A DNA stretch of 64,000 nucleotides from Bacillota bacterium (GTDB lineage: Bacteria; Bacillota; Dethiobacteria; DTU022), in NCBI GenBank assembly GCA_033549065.1, contig JAWSUE010000010.1, positions 68,314 through 132,313 on the forward strand. The letters are read 5' to 3'. This document shows positions 29,949-39,365 of this stretch, one piece after another (within the stretch, counting starts at the first letter, position 1; each line of letters begins with the position of its first letter). The translations under genes and the position numbers were made by a program. The notes under the pieces were generated by a model, which did not search any database, was not told the origin of the DNA, and worked only from the letters and a program-made list of their open reading frames with translations.

Positions 29949-30952
29949 AAAAACGGGGAATTGGTATAGCTTGCATGCAGTATTCTAACGGGGGAACAGC
30001 CTACCCTAACCCGTCAGCTGTTTTCGTAAAAATTAATGAGGATGGAAGCGCGGTAGTTCTAACCGGAATAACCGATGTTGGGCAGGGTTCTGCCACGGTT
30101 TTCTCCCAGATGGCTGCTGAAGCGCTGGGATTACCTCTTGAGAAGGTAGGTATAGTTTATGCCGACACCAAGGGAACTCCTTTTGATTTCGGTACTGTAG
30201 CCAGCCGGGTTACCTATATAGCCGGAAAGGCTTTATTGATAGCCTGCAAGGATGCCCTGGACACCGTGCTCGAAGTAGCCTCCAAAGAACTACATGTTAA
30301 CAAGGACTCACTTATCGTAGAGGATGGAGTTATTATGATGGAGGGGTATCCTGCCCTGAGTATGCCCATGCAGGAAGCAGCCCTGAAGAGTTATAAAATA
30401 TATGGTAAACCACCGATCGGCAAGGGCAGTTTTAACCCCCTGACGACATTTGTAGATGCAGAAAAAGGACAGGGAAAACCATTTGATGTATTTGTCTATG
30501 CCGCCCAGGTTGCCGAAGTGGAAGTCGATACAGAAACAGGTGTTGTGGAGGTGCTGAAGATCTATGCCGCCCATGACTGTGGAGTACCGATCAACCCCAG
30601 TTTTGCTGAAGGGCAGGTATTCGGCGGTATTCACATGGGTTTTGGTTATGCAACCATGGAAGAGATTCTCTGGAGCCAGGATGGTCAGATGGTCAACCCT
30701 CAGTTGACTGATTACATGATTCCAACAGCCCTGGATATGCCTGAACTGGAATGCCACCTTATTACCGATCCTGAACCGACTGGTCCTTTTGGAGCTAAGG
30801 GTATAGGAGAACCTTCACTTTTACCCACCGCGCCGGCTATTCTCAATGCGATTTATGATGCTGTGGGAGTAAGGCTGTATGAGCTGCCTGTAACTCCGGA
30901 AAAAGTTTTCTGGGCCCTCAGGGAAAAGGAAAAAATGGAACAGTCAGTTTGA
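29945..30952 (+). CDS. Molybdopterin-binding subunit, C-terminal part (NdhM-like)
   Basis: Second MoCo-binding domain, 335 aa. ATGA overlap with the previous gene, and GAGAGGAGAAA site 7 nt upstream. Confidence 0.8.
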   Translation: MKKRGIGIACMQYSNGGTAYPNPSAVFVKINEDGSAVVLTGITDVGQGSATVFSQMAAEALGLPLEKVGIVYADTKGTPFDFGTVASRVTYIAGKALLIACKDALDTVLEVASKELHVNKDSLIVEDGVIMMEGYPALSMPMQEAALKSYKIYGKPPIGKGSFNPLTTFVDAEKGQGKPFDVFVYAAQVAEVEVDTETGVVEVLKIYAAHDCGVPINPSFAEGQVFGGIHMGFGYATMEEILWSQDGQMVNPQLTDYMIPTALDMPELECHLITDPEPTGPFGAKGIGEPSLLPTAPAILNAIYDAVGVRLYELPVTPEKVFWALREKEKMEQSV

Positions 30953-30984
30953 CATCATCATGACCATGGTTAGGAGGATTTGAT

Positions 30985-31356
30985 TTGAAACTAATCGATT
31001 ACAAGAGCAAAGAAACATCTGTCGCACCTTTACATTATGAGTGCTTTGCTCAGGAGATAGCCGGGAAAAGCCTTGATTTTGGTAACATGGCGATTAATTA
31101 TGTTGAAATGCCCAAAGAAGGCTATGCTGATCCGCACTATCATCCTCATTCAGAACATATTTACCTGGTGCTTGAAGGCGAAATGATAGTTAACAATGGA
31201 AAAGAAGTAATAACTGTTTCAGCAGGTCAGGCAGCTTACGTTGAAAAAGGGGAACCGCATAAAGTCACCAGTAATGGCAGGGATGCTATCAAATATTTTA
31301 TTATTACTGTCCCCCCCGGAGAATTTATCCCGGCGGAAGGTGATTTCAACTGCTAA
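30985..31356 (+). CDS. Cupin-domain protein
   Basis: 123 aa. Cupin motifs with conserved His residues (HYHPHSEHIYLVLEG, GEPHK). TAGGAGGA site. Confidence 0.6.
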   Translation: MKLIDYKSKETSVAPLHYECFAQEIAGKSLDFGNMAINYVEMPKEGYADPHYHPHSEHIYLVLEGEMIVNNGKEVITVSAGQAAYVEKGEPHKVTSNGRDAIKYFIITVPPGEFIPAEGDFNC

Positions 31357-31449
31357 CTTGCCGGTATAATGCAAAACTTTATTTCCGGTTTTTCGGATGA
31401 ATGATTTGAACTTAGGTATATATTTATGCTGCATAAGGAGGACAATATC

Positions 31450-32463
31450 ATGAAAGCAGCAGTTTTAAGAGCCCCCAGCCAGTTGAAGGTTGAAGAATTA
31501 CTCACACCTGAACCGGGTTTCGGTGAGGTATTGGTCCGGATCAGGGCTACGGCGATTTGCGGTACTGACCTCGGTATCTATCAGGGTAAGCACAAGGTAA
31601 ATTATCCCCTGGTCCTCGGTCACGAGACAACCGGTGAAGTTGAAAAGGTCGGAGAAGGAGTAACCGAATTTAAACCCGGGGATCGCGTAGCTAATAACCC
31701 TCTAACCTACTGTAATATGTGCTATCAATGTTATCTGGGCAATGTTCAGCTCTGCGAAAAAGGTGGTTTGATCGGGCGCGAATCAGATGGGTCTTTTGCC
31801 GAGTACATCTCAATACCCAAGGAAAGGCTCTTTCCAATGCCGGAATCCATCTCTTACGTTGATGGGACGAATATAAATCTGTTGGCCACCTGTCTCTGGG
31901 GCCTGGCCAAGATCTCCATTACCCCCATCGATTCTGTTGTAATCCTGGGACAGGGTGCTTCCGGTTTGTTGTGGAACCAACTGGCCAGGGTATCCGGAGC
32001 AGATCCGGTTATCGGCATATCCCGCAGTCAGTGGAAGCTTGATCTTTGCGAGAAGATGGGCGCCATCGCGGTTAATGCCAGAGATAAAGATCCGGTTCAA
32101 GCCGTTAAAGAGGCAACAGGCGGGAAGGGCGCTACAGTTGTTATTGAAGCTGCCGGAACTTCCGAAACCATCAACCAGGCAATTGATATGGCAGCTCCGG
32201 GGGGGACAATTCTTCATTTCGGGATCGGTCCTGTATCTGTTCCTGATTACAACTTCAGCCAGCTATATTTCAAAGAAGTTAAACTGGTCGGGACAAGAGC
32301 AATGCGCCCCCTGGACTTTATGGACGGGATTAAGCTGATCGACCGGGGAACAATTGACATATCATTCCTGGTTACTCATAAGTATCCGCTTTCCGAGATA
32401 CAGGAAGCTTTCGATCTCGTAGATAAAGGCGGTAAAACACTTAGAACCGTAATAGAAATTTAA
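31450..32463 (+). CDS. Zinc-dependent alcohol dehydrogenase (MDR family, sorbitol/threonine DH-like)
   Basis: Catalytic-zinc Cys/His positions, structural-zinc ligands (CNMCYQCYLGNVQLC), Rossmann GQGASG motif. Confidence 0.8.
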   Translation: MKAAVLRAPSQLKVEELLTPEPGFGEVLVRIRATAICGTDLGIYQGKHKVNYPLVLGHETTGEVEKVGEGVTEFKPGDRVANNPLTYCNMCYQCYLGNVQLCEKGGLIGRESDGSFAEYISIPKERLFPMPESISYVDGTNINLLATCLWGLAKISITPIDSVVILGQGASGLLWNQLARVSGADPVIGISRSQWKLDLCEKMGAIAVNARDKDPVQAVKEATGGKGATVVIEAAGTSETINQAIDMAAPGGTILHFGIGPVSVPDYNFSQLYFKEVKLVGTRAMRPLDFMDGIKLIDRGTIDISFLVTHKYPLSEIQEAFDLVDKGGKTLRTVIEI

Positions 32464-32482
32464 TAGAACTTGATAATGTTTA

Positions 32483-32535
32483 AAGAGCCGGTGTCATGAA
32501 CTTACTGCCTTGACCGGCAGCCGGCTCTTTTTAAG
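32483..32535 (+). terminator. Rho-independent terminator
   Basis: AAAGAGCCGG...CCGGCTCTTTTT with an inner CTGCC/GGCAG helix. Confidence 0.55.
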
Positions 32536-32550
32536 TTAAGGAGTGATTAT

Positions 32551-33165
32551 ATGCCGGAGAGTTATGAACCAGTACTCGAAGCTTTGCGGAAAAATAATTT
32601 TGATGCCTGTTTTGCTGTAGATAGTAATGAAGCTTGCCTTGAAGTTCTGAAAAGAATTCCGGAAAATGCCCCGGTTGGAATCGGTGGGTCGCTGACTGTA
32701 AGCCAGATTGGTCTGGCTGATCTATTGGCTGAGCACAATTTAACAATTCATAACCAGGCTGATGGAAAAAGTAAGGAAGAGATCGCAGCTATTAAAAAGA
32801 AGGCCAACAGTTGTGAGGTATATATCTCCGGGATCAATGCCCTGACTGAAGATGGAAAACTGGTTTATATGGATGGTTCGGGAAATCGTGTATCGGCAAT
32901 TGCTTACGGTCCTTCCAAAGTGATCACCATATGCGGTGTAAATAAGATTGTAAAAAATATTGATGAAGGTCTGCAGCGGATCAGGGATATTGCCGGTCCG
33001 GCAAATGCCAAAAGACTAAATTATAATACACCCTGTGCAAAAACCGGAAAATGTGAAGACTGCAGTTCACCGCAGCGTATCTGCAATATATTTACAGTAA
33101 TCCAGAAAAAGCCTATGATGAAGGACTTTTCGGTCATTCTGGTCGATCAGGAATTGGGACTATAG
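32551..33165 (+). CDS. LUD (LutC/YkgG-like) domain protein
   Basis: 204 aa. PVGIGGS and ISGINALTEDGKLV...ICGVNKIV resemble the LUD fold. Unusual Cys-rich C-terminus (CAKTGKCEDCSSPQRIC). Confidence 0.4.
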   Translation: MPESYEPVLEALRKNNFDACFAVDSNEACLEVLKRIPENAPVGIGGSLTVSQIGLADLLAEHNLTIHNQADGKSKEEIAAIKKKANSCEVYISGINALTEDGKLVYMDGSGNRVSAIAYGPSKVITICGVNKIVKNIDEGLQRIRDIAGPANAKRLNYNTPCAKTGKCEDCSSPQRICNIFTVIQKKPMMKDFSVILVDQELGL

Positions 33166-33224
33166 GTAACTTAATTATTAGGTTTTTATTAGGGTAGAAG
33201 CACTGAATCAGGAGGCATATACAG

Positions 33225-35303
33225 ATGGAAGTGGTTAAAACAGTTTGCGCATGCTGCGCCCAGAATGATTGCGGTATGAATGTTTTCACAGATAACGGAG
33301 AGATTGTCAGGGTCAGCGGAATGAAGGAGCATCCCTATAACAAGGGTGTGCTTTGTCCGAAGGGGCTGGCTGCCCAAAAACTTGTAAAAGATCCTCAGCG
33401 GCTAAAGTATCCTTTAAAACGCATCGGCAAGCGGGGTGAAGGCCGATGGGCCAGAATTAGCTGGGATGAAGCGCTTACTTCAATTGCCGGTGAATTGAAC
33501 CGGATAAAAGAAACCGACGGACCTGAAGCTTTTGGTGTTTTTCGTGGAGCCGGCCCCGGTTGGGGAGGTAGTTGGGTATACACTCAGAGATTCATGCATG
33601 CCTTCGGATCGCCAAACTATGCAACCCAGGTCCATCTCTGTTTTGGTCCCCGGGCAGTGACCATGGCTACCACTTACGGCGGTGTGCCTGAAGCCGATTT
33701 TGATCACGCCGATCAAATTATTCTATGGGCTTCCAATCCTGCCGAAACTTCACTGCCAAATTACTGGCGCAGGGTCAGTAAGGCAAAGAACAGGGGGGCA
33801 CGGCTGGTGGTAATTGACCCCAGGTTCACCAGGACAGCTTCAAAGGCAGATCTATATGTGCCGATCAAGCCTGGAACCGATGCTGTACTTGCCCTTGGGA
33901 TGGCCAATGTCATTATTAATGAGGGATTGACTGATTCGGAGTTTATTGAAAAATATGTTCATGGTTTTGAAGAGTATAAAGACCTGGTTAAATCTTATAC
34001 TCCTGAAAAGGTAGAAGAAATAACAACTGTCTCCCGGGATATGGTTATCAAACTGGCAAGAATGTATGCTGAAATCAGGGCGACTGCTTTGATGGTCGGC
34101 AACGGGGTAGAACAGCTGACCAATACGATGCAGACCATGAGGGCTATCCAGTGCCTGCCTGCTCTTACCGGCAAGCTGGCTGTAAAAGGCGGCTATATCT
34201 TTACTCCCAATGTGGGATGGACTGATGTGCCCCTTAAAGCCAAGTTCAATGAAGAATTAATGAGCCGCTCGGTCTCAAAACATGACATGTTCTCCGGGTT
34301 TTCCCTGGTCTATCCTGACCTGCTTGATGCCATTGCTACCGGAGAGCCCTATCCGATCAAAGCGGTTGTCTGTCTTGGAGCGCCTCTGACAGTCCTTCCT
34401 GAAGGGAATAAATACAGGGAAATCCTAAAAGAGAAACTTGAACTGCTGGTTGTCCATGATCTATACATGACCAGCGAAGCAGAGATTGCCGATTATGTTT
34501 TGCCGGCTACAAGTTTTTTGGAATGTTCCCGTCTTCGCTCAACCCGTTATAAATTCGATGCCTATACCCAGCATATTGCTCTTCAGAATAAAGCAGTAGA
34601 ACCGGTTGGGGAGAGCCGTCCTGATGAAGAACTCTTTTTCGAGTTGGGCCGAAAACTGGGGATGGCCGATCTTTTTCCCTGGACCGATGCTCTGGAAGCT
34701 GCGGCAGATGCTATTGAACCGCTTGAACTCACCCTTGAAGATCTTAAGAATAACCCCGGGGGGAAAGTATGGCGTTTTCCGGAGGAAGATGTGATCGGGT
34801 TTTATAAAAAAAATGGGTTTAATACCCCTACCAAAAAGGTTGAGCTGTATAATACCATTTTCGAAAAAAATGGTTATGATCCCCTTCCAGTATATATTGA
34901 ATCGGAAGAGTTAAATGATCATGAGTTGAAAAAAGAATATCCGCTTACCTGCGTCAACGGGATAAAATCAGTACTCTATTCCCATACCCAGTTCAGGACC
35001 ATTAAAGAATTAAGAACACTTATGCCCGATCCCTGGGTAGAAATCCATCCGGATAAAGCGAAAGAACTCGGAATAGAAGATGGCAGTCTTGTTCTGGTCA
35101 GTTCACCCAGATTCCAGGTAAGATTGGTTGCGAAGTTAACGGAAGGGATTGCTGATCCAGAGGTTATCTTTATGCCTTACGGTTGGGGACAGGCTTATAT
35201 TGGCGGTCCGGTTACGAACTATCTTTCACCGGATAATCCGCGCGATCCCATCTCCGGTTCAACATCAAGCCATGCATTTGCATGCCGGATTGAAACAATA
35301 TAA
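33225..35303 (+). CDS. Molybdopterin (bis-PGD) oxidoreductase catalytic subunit, cytoplasmic (DMSO reductase/FdhA superfamily)
   Basis: N-terminal 4Fe-4S CxxCxxxC...C motif (CACCAQNDCGMN...CPKG), MopB domains, 692 aa. No TAT signal and no in-frame TGA. Confidence 0.75.
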   Translation: MEVVKTVCACCAQNDCGMNVFTDNGEIVRVSGMKEHPYNKGVLCPKGLAAQKLVKDPQRLKYPLKRIGKRGEGRWARISWDEALTSIAGELNRIKETDGPEAFGVFRGAGPGWGGSWVYTQRFMHAFGSPNYATQVHLCFGPRAVTMATTYGGVPEADFDHADQIILWASNPAETSLPNYWRRVSKAKNRGARLVVIDPRFTRTASKADLYVPIKPGTDAVLALGMANVIINEGLTDSEFIEKYVHGFEEYKDLVKSYTPEKVEEITTVSRDMVIKLARMYAEIRATALMVGNGVEQLTNTMQTMRAIQCLPALTGKLAVKGGYIFTPNVGWTDVPLKAKFNEELMSRSVSKHDMFSGFSLVYPDLLDAIATGEPYPIKAVVCLGAPLTVLPEGNKYREILKEKLELLVVHDLYMTSEAEIADYVLPATSFLECSRLRSTRYKFDAYTQHIALQNKAVEPVGESRPDEELFFELGRKLGMADLFPWTDALEAAADAIEPLELTLEDLKNNPGGKVWRFPEEDVIGFYKKNGFNTPTKKVELYNTIFEKNGYDPLPVYIESEELNDHELKKEYPLTCVNGIKSVLYSHTQFRTIKELRTLMPDPWVEIHPDKAKELGIEDGSLVLVSSPRFQVRLVAKLTEGIADPEVIFMPYGWGQAYIGGPVTNYLSPDNPRDPISGSTSSHAFACRIETI

Positions 35304-35323
35304 CGGGGGGAGGCATATAATAA

Positions 35324-35656
35324 ATGTCAGATAAGAAAATGCTGCTTGTAGATCTTGAAAAATGTGTTGGCTGCTACGCCTGTGAAGTTGGTTGTCAGCA
35401 GTGGCATGGTGAATCTGAAGTCAATAAACGGGTCAGGGTTAAGCTGATCGGTCCCTCTTTCTATGAAGGAAAACCGGTCAGGGATTTCGTACCAATATTT
35501 ACTGAACGCTGTGATTTATGTGCATCAGAAAACACAAATATCCCGTTTTGTGTATCTCACTGCCCCGTTAATGCAATATATTGTTATCAAGAGGACGACG
35601 CACTCGGTTGCCTGCATGGCCCGGGTAGGGTTCAAATAGGCAAAATATCCGAATGA
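35324..35656 (+). CDS. 4Fe-4S cluster ferredoxin-like protein
   Basis: CVGCYACEVGC plus a second Cys cluster (CDLC...CVSHCP). Confidence 0.6.
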   Translation: MSDKKMLLVDLEKCVGCYACEVGCQQWHGESEVNKRVRVKLIGPSFYEGKPVRDFVPIFTERCDLCASENTNIPFCVSHCPVNAIYCYQEDDALGCLHGPGRVQIGKISE

Positions 35657-35731
35657 TACCGGAACTGGAAATTCTTGAAAAAGGGGGGCATAAAATGCCC
35701 CTCTTAATAAATTAAGCGGAGGTTAAAGTCG

Positions 35732-35992
35732 ATGTATATCGATACTGAAAAATGCACCGGCTGCAGGTCTTGTGAGCTGGCCTGTTCAATGCATCATTAT
35801 GGCTGCTTTAATCCGGTACGGTCCAGCATTCAGGTCGCAGCCAGAGGAAGAAGTTTCCAGATAAAGGTATTTAAAGATGAAAATGAAGGAAGGCCGCCCT
35901 GCGACAACTGTACCGGTGAAACTGAAAGAATGTGTATTAAATACTGCACATCCTTTGTCAGGGATGAATTAGCTGCTATTATCAACAGGTAG
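35732..35992 (+). CDS. Small Cys-rich Fe-S protein
   Basis: CTGCRSCELAC canonical motif plus atypical CDNC-x7-C-x3-C spacing. 86 aa. Confidence 0.5.
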   Translation: MYIDTEKCTGCRSCELACSMHHYGCFNPVRSSIQVAARGRSFQIKVFKDENEGRPPCDNCTGETERMCIKYCTSFVRDELAAIINR

Positions 35993-36031
35993 ACAGTTTA
36001 CGATTCATATAACACAGGAGGCCGATTAACA

Positions 36032-37978
36032 ATGGCATCTCAATCATTTGGTTATGTGGGGAATATTTTATGGGTAAATCTCACGGCGGGAACCTTTTCA
36101 ACCGAACCGACTGAACACTATAAAGAGTGGCTTGGCGGTTCGGGAATAAGTCAATGGATTATGTACAGGGATACCAAACCATGGATGGCTCCCTTTGATC
36201 CGGCGGTTCCGTTCATAGTGGGAACAGGGCCGCTTACCGGAACACTTGCTCCCACTTCCGGCCGTTTTAATGTCGATGCAAAAAGCCCGCTTACCCTGGG
36301 TACAGGATCTTCAAATGCCGGAGGCTATGTTGGCCCGGAGATTAAGTTTGCCGGGTTTGACCATATTATGATCAAAGGTAAAGCGGCCAGGCCGGTTTAC
36401 CTATTCATTGAAGACGGCGAAGCAAAAATTTACGATGCTGATCATCTATGGGGTAAAACTACCTGGGAAACAGTCGATATGATCCAGGCCGATTTTGAAG
36501 ATCCGGAACTGCAGGTGATGTGCATCGGTCCCGGTGGTGAGAATTTAGCCCGTGGGGCGAGTATCATGGTCAATAAGAACCGTGCTTTCGGACGCTGCGG
36601 GATGGGTGCTGTTATGGGATCGAAGAACCTTAAGGCTATAGCAGTCAGGGGAAGCGGCACAATAAACATTGCTGAACCGGAAAGATTTATGGCCGCCGTT
36701 AACCGTGTTCGCGATTCTTATCAAATATCTCCGATCACCGAGAATTTTATCAGGTATGGGACGCTCTCGATCGTCGATATAAAGTCGAAAAGTTCGGGCT
36801 TTCCCTATAGAAATTTTCAGGATCTGAATATCCCCGAAGAGATGGAGAGAAATTTTAATCCTGAAACGATCAAGCAGAAATATGCCGAGCGGATAACCAG
36901 CTGTTTTGCCTGTCCTCTTCCCTGTCAGCGTTACTTCTATGTTAAGGAAGGACCTCATGCAGGGTTGAAAACAGAAGTGGCCCAATTTGAATCCATGGTC
37001 GATTTCGGCAGTAAGATGGATATCGATGATTTTTCTTTTTGCCTCAAGGCAACAGCACTCTGTAATCAATATGGACTAGATGTTGATCTTCCCGGGTCAA
37101 CTATTGCCTGGGCAATGGAATGTTATGAGAAAGGTATTCTGACCGAGAAGCATTTTGACGGTCTCAAGCCTGCCTGGGGTGATGCTGGCGTAGCTTTGGA
37201 ATTGATCAGGAAGATTGCTTACAGAGAAGGTGTGGGAGATATTCTCGCTGAAGGCGTGGCCAGGGCGGCTGATATCATGGGTGAAGATACCAGGTACTAT
37301 GCCTTCCATATCAAGGGGCAGGACCTCTACGAGCCATTAAGATCGACTATCGGTTGGGCTCTTGGAGCCTGTACGGCCACCCGGGGCGGTGGGCATACCA
37401 CAGGATGTCCCCTCTGTGAGATAAACCCGAAGTTAAACCAGGATCTTGTTAAAGAAAAATTTGGATTGGAACAACTTGGTGGTCCCCTCGATTATGAAGG
37501 GAAAGTGGAATTGGTCCACTACTATGAGATATTGCACAGGCTGAATAACAGTTTTGGTCTCTGTCATTTCGGTACTGACTGGCTTGATCTTAACCATCCC
37601 GGCATCAAAGAAGTATCCGAACTTTTTGTTGCAGCAACCGGATCTGAATTAAATGTGGAGCAGATTAAAAGAAATGCCCTTCGTATACTGAACCTTGAAA
37701 AGGTCTATAATTATATTCACGCCGGTTTTGATCGCAAAAACGATTATCCTCCGCTCCGGGATATGGAAGAGCCGGTACCCAGTGGAGCAGCTAAGGGATT
37801 CAGATTGGAAAAGGAAAGATTCGATCAGATGCTAGATGAATATTACAGCGGTCACGGTTGGGATATCAAAACAGGTTTACCGACCAGGGAGCGTCTTGTT
37901 GAACTGGGATTAGACAACCTCGCAGATGATCTTGATCCAGATCAGCTAAAACAGCAGCGCATGGGATTGAACCATTGA
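36032..37978 (+). CDS. Aldehyde:ferredoxin oxidoreductase family tungsten enzyme (AOR)
   Basis: N-terminal GNILWVNLTAG...GGSG AOR signature. Two-domain tungstopterin architecture, 648 aa. Confidence 0.85.
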   Translation: MASQSFGYVGNILWVNLTAGTFSTEPTEHYKEWLGGSGISQWIMYRDTKPWMAPFDPAVPFIVGTGPLTGTLAPTSGRFNVDAKSPLTLGTGSSNAGGYVGPEIKFAGFDHIMIKGKAARPVYLFIEDGEAKIYDADHLWGKTTWETVDMIQADFEDPELQVMCIGPGGENLARGASIMVNKNRAFGRCGMGAVMGSKNLKAIAVRGSGTINIAEPERFMAAVNRVRDSYQISPITENFIRYGTLSIVDIKSKSSGFPYRNFQDLNIPEEMERNFNPETIKQKYAERITSCFACPLPCQRYFYVKEGPHAGLKTEVAQFESMVDFGSKMDIDDFSFCLKATALCNQYGLDVDLPGSTIAWAMECYEKGILTEKHFDGLKPAWGDAGVALELIRKIAYREGVGDILAEGVARAADIMGEDTRYYAFHIKGQDLYEPLRSTIGWALGACTATRGGGHTTGCPLCEINPKLNQDLVKEKFGLEQLGGPLDYEGKVELVHYYEILHRLNNSFGLCHFGTDWLDLNHPGIKEVSELFVAATGSELNVEQIKRNALRILNLEKVYNYIHAGFDRKNDYPPLRDMEEPVPSGAAKGFRLEKERFDQMLDEYYSGHGWDIKTGLPTRERLVELGLDNLADDLDPDQLKQQRMGLNH

Positions 37979-37994
37979 AACGTATTATTGCCGG

Positions 37995-39257
37995 CTATTT
38001 CTTGACCTCTCCGGCAAGTAGATGATCATCGGCAGACATCGTATCTTTCGGTTTTGGTAACAGGAGAACAATGATGATGCCGATCAGCAGCATCAGGGTA
38101 TTGAACAGGTAGGCAGGGCCAATTCCGAAACGCTCACTCAGTGATCCGATAATCACCGGGCCGATGCCGTTTCCAACCCTCCCTATATTAAAACAGAAGC
38201 CAATGGCCGTTCCCCTTATAATTGTCGGGAAATATTCTGACATGAGAGACGTATATCCCGAGAAGAATCCGATAGAAAAGGCTAACATTGCACCGGCAGC
38301 CGTGGCAAGGACGATAAACAATACAGTTGGAGTTGGAGAAGGTGTAAAAAGAGACAGAGAAGCACTGAACAGCGCCGCACTGCCGAGGAATAATATAAAA
38401 GTCGGTTTTCTCCCAAAGCGGTCAGAGATAAACCCATATCCCAGGTAACCCGCTGTGCCGATTATGAATACAATTAATGTAATATAGGGCAGGAGAAAAG
38501 GAGTAATATTCAGGCTGCGGTAGAATGAAGGGAGCCAGACCTGTGAAGAATTACCGGATACAAAACCGATAAAAGCAAGTATGCTGGTTAGTATGATTTT
38601 TGTTCGATAATTTTTTGTAAAAAGGAATTCTTTTTTCCCGCTGGTTACGATAGTTTTTTCATTGAGCCATCGCGGCGATTCATGAACAAAGTGATATGAA
38701 AAAACTAAAATAATAAATTGAAAGGCAGCGAGGCTGTAATAAGCTGTCCTCCAGGTTAAAGTTAAAGGTAAGACAATCAGGGCAATCGATATCAGCACAT
38801 GTGAAAACGAGAATCCTGACTGAACAACCGAACTGACCCTTCCGAGGTAGCGGTATTGCCAGCTTTCATTAATAAGTGTAGCCCCTGTAGTCAGGGTGCC
38901 GGCCAGGGTAAATCCGGAAATCAGGCGGCCGACGATAAACATCGCAGGAGTTATTGAAGCAGCTACGAGAAGCATGGAGACAACTGATCCGCACAGACAG
39001 AAGATAAACCCTTTTTTCCTACCTGACTGATCGGAAAAGTATCCGAACCCCAACCCCCCCAATGATGCAAAGATCAGGGGTAAAAAGCCCATCAGAGTTG
39101 TCTGAAGGGGAGTTATGGCAAAGTCAGCCTGTATGTTCTGCATGAAATATCCGAATAGAAAGGTATTGCTGGCTTCAAATGTGACTCCGGCGGCTACCAG
39201 TATTAATTGTCCGGTGCGGTTTATCAAAAGATTACCCCCTGAAAGGGATGTTTGCAA
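37995..39257 (-). CDS. MFS transporter
   Basis: 420 aa, 12 TM helices, GRxxDRxGRK-like loop motifs. TTG start is uncertain. Confidence 0.7.
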   Translation of the reverse strand: MQTSLSGGNLLINRTGQLILVAAGVTFEASNTFLFGYFMQNIQADFAITPLQTTLMGFLPLIFASLGGLGFGYFSDQSGRKKGFIFCLCGSVVSMLLVAASITPAMFIVGRLISGFTLAGTLTTGATLINESWQYRYLGRVSSVVQSGFSFSHVLISIALIVLPLTLTWRTAYYSLAAFQFIILVFSYHFVHESPRWLNEKTIVTSGKKEFLFTKNYRTKIILTSILAFIGFVSGNSSQVWLPSFYRSLNITPFLLPYITLIVFIIGTAGYLGYGFISDRFGRKPTFILFLGSAALFSASLSLFTPSPTPTVLFIVLATAAGAMLAFSIGFFSGYTSLMSEYFPTIIRGTAIGFCFNIGRVGNGIGPVIIGSLSERFGIGPAYLFNTLMLLIGIIIVLLLPKPKDTMSADDHLLAGEVKK

Positions 39258-39365
39258 ATTTTAATGACTATTATATGCCATAAAAGCTGAATTGACTACA
39301 TTGAATCTATTCCGATCTAAATATTGCGCCGGCTCACAAATAGAGAATCGAGGAGAGAATAATCA

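Noticed and set aside
33225-35303. Selenocysteine-containing formate dehydrogenase
   Set aside because: The ORF is uninterrupted, with no in-frame TGA and no SECIS-like hairpin, and no formate-dehydrogenase accessory genes are nearby. It is kept as a generic Mo-bisPGD oxidoreductase.
36545-37069. 174-aa minus-strand ORF inside AOR1 and the 166-aa ORF (59207..59707 -) inside AOR2
   Set aside because: They are antisense shadows of confident AOR genes.
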